Assembly: GCA_963823445.1 (NCBI GenBank)
Contig: CAWGLT010000023.1
Location: 151,018-215,017 of the forward strand
Direction: 5' to 3'
Length of the DNA: 64,000 nucleotides
Source of the DNA: an uncultured Acidobacteriota bacterium
GTDB lineage: Bacteria > Acidobacteriota > Thermoanaerobaculia > Thermoanaerobaculales > Sulfomarinibacteraceae
Shown piece after piece: positions 9,716-17,046 of this stretch. Made by a program: the position numbers and the translations under genes. The notes under the pieces are model-generated. The model searched no databases. It had not been told where the DNA came from and worked only from the letters and a program-made list of their open reading frames with translations. Numbering within the stretch: the first letter of the stretch is position 1; each line of letters starts with the position of its first letter.

Positions 9716-11512
9716 TCAGGAGCCCGTCGCAGGCAGGGCTGGATGCATGACGCGATAGATCGGCAGAAGACCGACCTGCTCGTCCCAGTGCGGGGTCCGC
9801 CGGTACCACCAGTCGTAACGCGCGCGCCCGTCGGCGGCGAAATCGGGATTCTCGAGCGCCGACTCCCACTCCGCCCTGGTGGCGTCGTCGGCGAGCATCT
9901 CGACCGCCAGCTCCTCGAGCTTGTCGAGCCCGATATAGGTCTTTTGCTCGAAGACCGAGTCGAGCGCGCCCCAGCGCAGCAGCGAATCCGGCGCCTCGGG
10001 TTCGAAGAGCTGGACCGCGACGGCGAAGTCCGGCTGGTCGGCCGGGATCCACAGGCTGCCCGCGGGGATCCGGCGGGTCTCCGTCTGCCGGGTGGTGACG
10101 AAATCCCTGACCATCACCGTGCCCTGGAAGGGAGCCTCGGCGAAGACCGGTGCGGCGACCCGGATGGTCTCGACCTCGAGCTCGACGGGCGCGGACAGGC
10201 GCTGCGTCACCAGGTGGTGCGCTTCGACCACCTCGACGAGCTGCGGCCAACCCGCGTGGACGAGATAGCCGCGCGGGCGCGCGAGCTCGAGTTCGGGCGC
10301 CGCAACGTGCCGGAAGGAGATCTCGGCCGGGACGATCTCGTCGCGGTGGTAGACAGTGCGCGGTCCGCCGGTGACCACCGAGGTCTCGGTGGTGGTGCGG
10401 TAGGACGGCCAGGTGAACTCGTCGTCGCTGTCGACGCCGCGCCACCGCACGATCACGGTCGACGGATCGGCGTCCGGTCCTGCCGAGAGCGCGGGTCCTC
10501 GCTTCCGCCGCCTGCGACCGCCGCAACGAGCGTCGACCCGGACCGGCCGGTCTCGACGATGAGGGCGTCCATGAAGTCGCGGTTGGCGAGCACCCGATCC
10601 CGGTACGGCTTGTGCGCGTGCATCTCGATGAGGATCGACGGCCGATTGATGAGCGGGAAGAACCCGGTCGAGTAGCGCGGCAGCTGGATGTCCGACCAGT
10701 CGACCCCGCTCGTCGGGTCGTCCCAGTCGACGAACGCGAGGTAGGGGCCGTTGGGGTGGCCGGCGGCGGCGGTGGCGTCGAGCACCCGCGGCAGGTGCGC
10801 AGCGACCCAGGCGTCGACCGCGGGGTCGAGTCGAGGTGCCTCGGCGACCATCCAGGTCAGAACCCAGGCGTGGTCGGAGCCGTTGGTGACGTGGTTGTCG
10901 ACGTGGAGGTGCGGCCGCCAGTCGGCGACGAGCTGCGCGAGCGCCCGCGCCTCGGGGCTCGCGAGCCGGAGGAAGTCGCGGTTGAGGTTGAGCCCGGCGG
11001 TGGTGGCGCGAAAGCCCATGCCCTCGACCGGGCCGTTCTGGTTGGGCCGGTTGTACGGCGAGACCCGCTCGTGGCCGTCGAGGTTGAAGATCGGCACGAA
11101 GAGCGTCACCGCCGCCTCGGCGAGATCCGGGCCGTCGGCCCAGGGCGATCTCGCGCAAAAGCATGAGGGTGGCGTCCTTGCCGTCGATCTCGCCGGCGTG
11201 GATGCCGCTTTGCAACAGCAGGATCGGCTTGCCGGCGGCGCGGGCAGCGGCCGGGGTGAAGGCTCCGTCGGACGAGACGATGACGAGGGGCAGCTCGCGG
11301 CCCTCGGCGGTTTCGCCGAAGCTCGTGACGCGGATGGTCTTCGGAGCGCGCGACTCGACGCGGCGGAGGAAGTCCATGGTCTCGGCAACGGTCGATGTGG
11401 CGCGGAAGTCGGTCTTCTCCGCCACCGTCTGCCAGACCTCGGGGACGTCCTCGGCGGTTGCGGGGCAGGGGAGGAGCAAGACAAGGCCGGCGAAGAGGGA
11501 AAGTCGTTTCAT
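9716..11512 (-). pseudogene. M14-family zinc carboxypeptidase, coding sense split over two reading frames
   Basis: The signal peptide, HxxE (SGIHAGEIDG) and the C-terminal third read in the frame of ORF 9716..11608. The central ~650 nt (TLFVPIFNLDGHER, NLNRDF, LHVDNH, ILIEMH) reads only in the frame of ORF 10453..11484. Frame switches are near 11140-11160 and 10485-10510. Confidence 0.55.
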
Positions 11513-11519
11513 GGCCGCC

Positions 11520-11547
11520 ACTCTAGCCCATCGCATTCTTACCGCAA
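11520..11547 (-). promoter_or_regulatory. sigma70-like promoter TTGCGG-16-TAGAGT, 7 nt before the ATG of the M14 gene
   Basis: Minus-strand reading is TTGCGGtaagaatgcgatgggcTAGAGTggcggccATG. The same module occurs at 13406-13433. Confidence 0.45.
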
Positions 11548-11595
11548 AGACCGCCAAGAACGCAAAGGACGTTGCAAAGGACATCGCCATATTGA
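11520..11595 (-). repeat. 9-nt-periodic repeat module E, copy 1
   Basis: ACCGCAAAG ACCGCCAAG AACGCAAAG GACGTTGCAAAG GAC. Homologous to 13403-13475 and to the arms of the hairpin at 16281-16438. Confidence 0.8.
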
Positions 11596-11699
11596 CCCGT
11601 CGCGGCATCGCACAATGGCGTGCCCGGCACCCCGAGGGACGTTTCTTTCCCTCCGACCCGGGGCGGCATCTGCCGCTGTCGGCCCGGCCGCTGCCGCTG

Positions 11700-11800
11700 C
11701 CCCCGACAGGCTGGAAGCCTGTCGCTACACAGGGGCCGTTCTTGATTGTGTAGCGACAGCCATCCTGGCTGTCGTCGGTGACGTGCCCGAACGCGGTACC
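11700..11800 (+). repeat. REPIN-like triple-hairpin element, copy A1
   Basis: GACAGGCT-GGA-AGCCTGTC (11705-11723), GCTACACA-15nt-TGTGTAGC (11724-11754), GACAGCCA-TCC-TGGCTGTC (11755-11773), with a conserved tail GTCGGTGACGTGCCCGAACGCGGT. Confidence 0.9.
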
Positions 11801-11907
11801 CTACCGCTGCCCCGGCCGCTGTCAGTGACGCTGTCCCGGCCGCTGTCGCTGTTCCCGGTTCTCACGGCTCCGGCCTTCCGGTCCGCCTTCGGCGGCCCGG
11901 CGTCGCC

Positions 11908-12126
11908 CCATCGGCGGGGTCGCTTGGGTGGTGAATGGGAAGGGCTGCGACCCCGCCGATGGCGCGCCGGCGGCCTTCTTCGTTGCCGGAGCAGAGGACC
12001 GCATCGCGCCTCCCGGGGGAGCCCGGTATGACAATGTGCGCAACGGGTTGCGGTGCCGGGAGGACTTTGGGGCACATTGTCAAACCCCGCACCCCGAGGA
12101 TCGCCCCTTTCCCTCCGACCCGGGGC
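11908..12126 (+). repeat. composite structured repeat B, copy B1
   Basis: 16-bp hairpin CCATCGGCGGGGTCGC/GCGACCCCGCCGATGG (11908-11962), then hairpin TGACAATGTGC/GCACATTGTCA (12029-12082), then a GCACCCCGAGG tail. Homologous to 26611-26886 (inverted) and 40839-41053. Confidence 0.85.
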
Positions 12127-12236
12127 AGTCTCGGTTCGGGTCCCGGGTGCGGTCGCTGGTTGCTGCCGCTGTCCCTGCTTGCTGTCGCTGATCGCTGCCA
12201 CTGATTGCCGCCGCCGCTCTGTGGTGGCCGCGGAAC

Positions 12237-13385
12237 TCATTCAGCCGTCAGGACCTGGCGAGCGAGAAAGGCCGCCAACGCCTGGTGACCCGCCGGGTTG
12301 AGGTGTCCGTCGCCCGGCAGGATCCAGTCGGTGCGTCCCTCGAAGAAATCCCGGGTGTCGACCACTTCGAGACCATGACGGCCACAGATTGATTCAAGCG
12401 ATCGCTCGAGCCTGGCCTGGGCCCGATCTCGTTCGGGCCATTCCTTTTCGACCGGCGGGACTAGATGGATCACCACCAGCCGAACCGCGAGCCGGTCGCA
12501 TCGCTCGGCGAGGTCGGCGAGGACGGTGTCGTGGTAGAGCTCGATCGGTGCGAATCGCGAGTCGTCGAGCACTGCGGCCATGGCGTTTCCGGGTCTGGGT
12601 TCGCCCTCGGGTGGTGGGCGCCACTCAGGTGGAGTCACCGATTCCGGAGGCCTGGCGGGTCGCCAACGGCGAATCTTGGCCGTCAACCGGACGATTGCGG
12701 AGGAAAACGCGATGCGGACCGCCAGCGGTTCCCGATGGGCCTGCAGACGCCCGATCCGCTCACGGAGGCCGTCGTAGTCGAACGAAGCGATCTCCGGGAA
12801 CTCGGGTCCGCCCCGGGCACGACCCAGGTTCTCGAGATCGTTGATATCGTTGACGTATACGAAGAGCAGGACGGTGTCGGGTCGGATCTCGTCGAGGTGA
12901 AGGCGCAACGCGAGGTAGTGCTCGTAGAGGCACTGGCCCTGCGCCGACATGTCGTAGGCGTCGACGCCGTGGTTCGTTCTCAGGAAGTGGGCGACGGTCT
13001 CGGCGGCCTCGACTCCGTGGCCGTAGACCAGGGAATCCCCGAGGAGGAGGACCCGGGGGTTGTCGATTCCGGCGGGATTTCGGTAGGCGCGCGAATCGGT
13101 CTCGTGGGTCCAGAAATAGCCGTGCGAGTAGGCGCGGGTCCGGTGGTCGGCGCGCATGACGCGCGACCGGGTCAGCCCCTCGAAGAGGAAGATTCCGCCC
13201 GGCAGGGTGTCGTACTTCGCAAAGGCCGCGTGCCGGAGTCTGTCGTTGAGGAGTCGAGGAAACGAGCGAATGGCGCTCTCGGCGATGAGAAAGCCAACGA
13301 CGAGCGCGACCAGAACTGTCGCCAGGCGAAAAAGCCTGAGACGAACCCGATGAGGTGCTGTCGCCATGGAGCGATGATGCCACAC
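12237..13385 (-). CDS. SGNH/GDSL-family hydrolase with N-terminal membrane anchor
   Basis: GDS motif (VLLLGDSLVYGHG) and C-terminal DGHLNPAGH (DxxH). The start is GTG 13385 or ATG 13367. Confidence 0.65.
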   Translation of the reverse strand: MWHHRSMATAPHRVRLRLFRLATVLVALVVGFLIAESAIRSFPRLLNDRLRHAAFAKYDTLPGGIFLFEGLTRSRVMRADHRTRAYSHGYFWTHETDSRAYRNPAGIDNPRVLLLGDSLVYGHGVEAAETVAHFLRTNHGVDAYDMSAQGQCLYEHYLALRLHLDEIRPDTVLLFVYVNDINDLENLGRARGGPEFPEIASFDYDGLRERIGRLQAHREPLAVRIAFSSAIVRLTAKIRRWRPARPPESVTPPEWRPPPEGEPRPGNAMAAVLDDSRFAPIELYHDTVLADLAERCDRLAVRLVVIHLVPPVEKEWPERDRAQARLERSLESICGRHGLEVVDTRDFFEGRTDWILPGDGHLNPAGHQALAAFLARQVLTAE

Positions 13386-13402
13386 CAGCCGATCCCAAGG
13401 AC

Positions 13403-13475
13403 GCCACTCTAGCCCATTGAATATTCACCGCAAAGAACGCCAAGATCGCAAAGGACGTCACATTTGACGTGTGGG
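13403..13475 (-). repeat. 9-nt-periodic repeat module E, copy 2
   Basis: ACCGCAAAG AACGCCAAG ATCGCAAAG GACG followed by the small hairpin ACGTCA-catt-TGACGT. Confidence 0.8.
13406..13433 (-). promoter_or_regulatory. sigma70-like promoter TTGCGG-16-TAGAGT upstream of the SGNH hydrolase gene
   Basis: Minus-strand reading is TTGCGGtgaatattcaatgggcTAGAGTggcg. It is the second copy of the promoter-bearing module E. Confidence 0.4.
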
Positions 13476-13540
13476 TGGCGCGGGGCTTCGAGGGTGCCTG
13501 ACTGCGTGGTGGCGATTCGCGTTCCGGGTTGGACGCTGAA

Positions 13541-13604
13541 GGCAGGCAGGATGCCTGCCCCACAACGGAGACGGTTGAGTTGTGGAGCAGGCTTCCAGCC
13601 TGCT
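13541..13604 (+). repeat. REPIN-like triple-hairpin element, divergent copy A4
   Basis: GGCAGGCA-GGA-TGCCTGCC, CCACAAC-12nt-GTTGTGG, AGCAGGCT-TCC-AGCCTGCT. Same architecture and loops as A1-A3, with different self-complementary stems. Confidence 0.85.
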
Positions 13605-13761
13605 CATGATGGGATGATTCAATAATGTGATGGTTTTGCGATGGGTCGAAGGCGAGGCGCCGGCGGCCTCCCTCTGAGCCGGGAGAACACGGCCGCAACG
13701 TTGTAACCCGTGGTTAGGGATGAACGTCGCCAGGAACGCCCCGCCGAGCCTGATGCTGGCG

Positions 13762-13868
13762 TCGCGGGTGGCCGAGGGAGCCACCTTTAGCATTGTTCGG
13801 GATCAGCGTTGAGCCGAAGATCGGCGACTCACACCCGAACAATGACAAAAGACGGCACCCCGTTCGAC
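13762..13868 (+). repeat. two-helix hairpin element, copy D1
   Basis: GGGAGCCACCTTTAG CATTGTTCGG (13791-13800) ... CCGAACAATG (13835-13844) ACAAAAGACGGCACCCCGTTCGA. Near-identical flanks occur at 52622-52729. Confidence 0.85.
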
Positions 13869-13952
13869 GCCCTTCTTCCGATGCTCGAGGCTCTCGACCG
13901 CGTGTCCGGTTCGGCGCGTCCGACGCGCCGCCGCAATTCGTCCGACGAATTG

Positions 13953-15182
13953 CTAGGGCATCTCGGTCCGGGTGAGCATCTCCATCGCCTCCGGCCGCGG
14001 CTCGTTCTTCTTCGAATCCCAGTAGGGCGAGAGCCGTCGCAGGCTGTCGACGATCCCGGGAAAGACCTCGATGACTCGATCGACCTCGGCTTCGGTGTTG
14101 TAGCGGCTGAGCGAGAAGCGCACCGAGCCGTGGATCGCCGAGAAGGGGATGTGCATGGCTCTGAGGACGTGCGAGGGCTCGAGGGAGCCGGAGGTGCAGG
14201 CCGAGCCCGATGAGGCGCAGATGCCCTGCGCGCTGAGCTGGTAGAGGATGCCCTCGCCCTCGATGAAGTGGCAGGCGACGTTGAGGGTGTTGGAAAGCCG
14301 CGGCGAGTTCCTGCCGTTGACTTCGAGGTAGGGGATGCGGGCGACGAGCTCCCGCTCCAGGCGGTCGCGCATGGCGAGAATCCGCGGTTCGTCCTCATCG
14401 TGCCGCGCCATGGCGAGCTCGAGGGCCTTGGCGAGGGCGACGATGAAGGCGACGTTTTCGGTCCCCGCTCGACGCCCGTCCTCCTGGTGGCCGCCGAGGA
14501 GAAACGGCCGGCAACGGGTGCCGCGGCGGATGTAGAGGGCGCCGACGCCCTTGGGCGCGTGCAGCTTGTGGCCGGAGAACGACAGCAGGTCGACATGCTT
14601 GAACGAGCCGCGGAGATCGATTGGGAGCTTGCCCACGGTCTGGGTGGCGTCGGTGTGGAAGATGATGCTCTCGTCGGTTTCCTTGGTGATGCGGGAGAGC
14701 TCTTCGACCGGAAAGATGACCCCGGTTTCGTTGTTCGCGTGCATCACCGAAACCATCAGGGTGTCGGATCGGAGGGCGCGGACGAACTCGACGCGGTCGA
14801 TCTGACCATCGGCATCGACCGGGATGAAGTCGACGTCAAGGCCTCTGCGTCGGAGATCCTCGCCGACGGAGAAGATGGCCGGGTGCTCGACCCCGGTCGT
14901 GATGATGTGGCGGCGCTCCGGATTGGCGGCGATGGCGCCGAAGACCGCCGTGTTGTTGGACTCGGTCGCGCAGGAGGTGAAGAGGATCTCGGGCGGCCGG
15001 GCGTTGCCGAGGAGCCTGGCGACGGTCTTGCGCGCGTCGGCGATGGCGTCGGCCGGGATCTGGGCCGGTTCGTAGAGCGAACTCGGGTTGTAATAGTCAT
15101 CGGTGAGGAAGGGCATCAACGCCTCGACCACCTCGGGCGCAACCCGGGTGGTGGCGTTGTTGTCCATGTAGATGATGTTCAT
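13953..15182 (-). CDS. nifS: cysteine desulfurase (NifS/IscS type)
   Basis: 409 aa. PLP Lys context SFSGHKLHAPKG and active-site loop SSGSACTS. Downstream of nifU on the minus strand. Confidence 0.9.
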   Translation of the reverse strand: MNIIYMDNNATTRVAPEVVEALMPFLTDDYYNPSSLYEPAQIPADAIADARKTVARLLGNARPPEILFTSCATESNNTAVFGAIAANPERRHIITTGVEHPAIFSVGEDLRRRGLDVDFIPVDADGQIDRVEFVRALRSDTLMVSVMHANNETGVIFPVEELSRITKETDESIIFHTDATQTVGKLPIDLRGSFKHVDLLSFSGHKLHAPKGVGALYIRRGTRCRPFLLGGHQEDGRRAGTENVAFIVALAKALELAMARHDEDEPRILAMRDRLERELVARIPYLEVNGRNSPRLSNTLNVACHFIEGEGILYQLSAQGICASSGSACTSGSLEPSHVLRAMHIPFSAIHGSVRFSLSRYNTEAEVDRVIEVFPGIVDSLRRLSPYWDSKKNEPRPEAMEMLTRTEMP

Positions 15183-15192
15183 GGGTCGGCCT

Positions 15193-16152
15193 TCACACTT
15201 CGATGACCTGAATCCGCTGGTCGATCTGGTCCTTGAGCGCCTGTTCCACGAGCATCTTGATGGTGTTCTGCGAACTCATGCAGTTGGCGCAGGCCCCCTT
15301 CATGGTGCAGTAGACCTTGGAGTCCTTGATATCGATGATCTCGATATCGCCGGCGTCCTTGGCGAGTTGCGGCCGGACATAGTTGTCGATGACCTCCTCG
15401 ACCTTCTTGGCGAACTTGAAGGGCGACATCTCCGACGGCGGTTGGGCCTTGGGCGCGCGCGCCATGGGCAGCACCGGGAGCTGTTTCATGATCGTCGGCC
15501 GCGCACCGTTGACCCGATCGAGGAGATCCTGCAGCCCGCCGGGGGTGTGGTGACATGACATGCAGGCGCCGCCGGCCTTGATGGCGTTGGTGATGTCGGG
15601 AATGGTGGCGAGGTTGAGCTCCTCGATCTTGCGCAGGATATAGGGCTCGGTGAGACCGAAGCAGGTGCAGACCAGCCGCCCCTCCTCCTGTTCGTCGTGG
15701 CGGATGTCGATCCCGAGCTCGGCGAGGTCGACGCCGCGTTTCTGCGCCCAGTTGAAGACCGCCGCCTCGAGGGCCTCGGCGCCCATGACCGAGCAGTGGA
15801 TCTTGGCCTGGGGAAGCCCGTCGAGATACTTGACGATGTCCTGGTTGGTGATCTGGAGGGCGCCGATGGGGGTGAAATCTCCCTCCTCGATGATGGCGCA
15901 CAGCGCTTCCGAGGCGGCGATGGCGGAGGTGCAGCCGAAGGTCAGATACCGGGCCTCGGTGATCCGATCCAGCCGCGGGTCGCTGGGGTGACGATCGACG
16001 CGGAAGGTGAACCGCAGGGCGTCGCCGCAGGCGATGGATCCGTGCTCGCCGAATCCGTCGGCGTCCTCGATCTCTCCGAGGTGCGTGCCGGGCTTTCCCG
16101 AAACCGCCGCCATGAAGAGCTCGGTCGTTTTCTTCGAGTAGTTCCAGGTCAT
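15193..16152 (-). CDS. nifU: NifU-type Fe-S cluster scaffold protein
   Basis: Starts at MTWNYSKK (ATG 16152, GGAGG SD). N-terminal IscU-like Cys residues, a central CxxC..C cluster, and a C-terminal NifU domain (CANC). Confidence 0.9.
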   Translation of the reverse strand: MTWNYSKKTTELFMAAVSGKPGTHLGEIEDADGFGEHGSIACGDALRFTFRVDRHPSDPRLDRITEARYLTFGCTSAIAASEALCAIIEEGDFTPIGALQITNQDIVKYLDGLPQAKIHCSVMGAEALEAAVFNWAQKRGVDLAELGIDIRHDEQEEGRLVCTCFGLTEPYILRKIEELNLATIPDITNAIKAGGACMSCHHTPGGLQDLLDRVNGARPTIMKQLPVLPMARAPKAQPPSEMSPFKFAKKVEEVIDNYVRPQLAKDAGDIEIIDIKDSKVYCTMKGACANCMSSQNTIKMLVEQALKDQIDQRIQVIEV

Positions 16153-16280
16153 GGTTCCTCCGCCTGCGTGCCGCGCAGGCACAGGATGATACCTGATCCA
16201 ACGCTGCATTATTCCCGATCCACCCGAGGCCCGCGACGACAATCAAATCTCTGATCGCGGTGTGGACCTCAGCACGAATT

Positions 16281-16438
16281 TTGAAACACGAAGATCACCA
16301 AGAACCACAAGGCAATCACAAAGGACGCATTTTTGGCTCATCGCAGGGAATCGTGAACGCGCAGGGCCAGAAAGAGCCCGGGTCAATGAGCGATGCTTCG
16401 TGAAACCTTCGTGGTTCTTCGTGCCCTTTGTGTTTCAA
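16281..16438. repeat. long imperfect hairpin whose arms are module-E-like 9-nt repeats
   Basis: The 5' arm AACACGAAG ATCACCAAG AACCACAAG GCAATCACAAAG GACGC faces the 3' arm GCTTCGTGAAACCTTCGTGGTTCTTCGTGCCCTTTGTGTTTC, with a ~65-nt loop. Confidence 0.8.
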
Positions 16439-16511
16439 GAACCACGGCCCTTCGGCAAATCGAGTTCTTACGGGTGGCTGAACTGTCGGCTGTCAGCCGT
16501 CGCCAGGCGAC

Positions 16512-16985
16512 TCAACCCCGATCGAGAACCTCGGCGGGGTCGATGCCAATTTCGCCGGCAATTTGGGCGATCTCGTGTCGTTCCAATGCGCAGAAACAAC
16601 CGTCGGCTCTGGCGACCGCGGTCAGGAGGCCAGCGATCGACTCGCGCTGAGGAGCGTCGAGACGTGACCGAAGTCCGCGGCTGATGGAGTACGCGCACCC
16701 GCAGTCGGCGAGCTGTGCCCGATGGCAGGCGATCTCGGTGACCAGGACCGCGTGCTCGGCGGGGATCCCGGTGGCGGCCATGAGAATCTCCTCCATGCGG
16801 CGACGTTCGGCGCCGCGCACCCGGCCGTCGGCGCGGGCGACGCGCATCAGAACAAACGCGAGGGCGCTGAGATGGTCGGCGGTCTCCGCGTCGAGCGAGT
16901 TGAGAGTCGCGACGGCGCGACGAACCACCGTTGCCGGAATCTGATTGGGCGCGTTCTCGTCTCCTTGAGCAGTCGTCGGATTCAA
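16512..16985 (-). CDS. TerB-like (tellurite-resistance family) domain protein
   Basis: 157 aa with two helical ADG...E repeats (VARADGRVRGAERRRMEEIL; VARADGCFCALERHEIAQI). Confidence 0.55.
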   Translation of the reverse strand: MNPTTAQGDENAPNQIPATVVRRAVATLNSLDAETADHLSALAFVLMRVARADGRVRGAERRRMEEILMAATGIPAEHAVLVTEIACHRAQLADCGCAYSISRGLRSRLDAPQRESIAGLLTAVARADGCFCALERHEIAQIAGEIGIDPAEVLDRG

Positions 16986-17046
16986 TGTGTCTCCCCTCTC
17001 GGATCATACGGAGCGGGCCGGCCGGGAGTTGCAGTAAACTCGGCCG

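Noticed and set aside
9716-11608. One option is to accept the 630-aa ORF as an intact M14 peptidase, or to treat the frame changes as programmed frameshifting.
   Set aside because: The central third of that frame is Arg-rich nonsense, while the true catalytic motifs are in the neighbouring frame, so the ORF is not intact. I saw no slippery heptamer or stimulatory structure at either junction, so recoding is much less likely than indels, whether real or from assembly.
11700-11800. Three adjacent hairpins without linkers looked like a tRNA-like cloverleaf.
   Set aside because: The flanks are direct (GCTGCC)n repeats, so no acceptor stem can form. There are no T-loop or D-loop consensus sequences, and the arm lengths are wrong.
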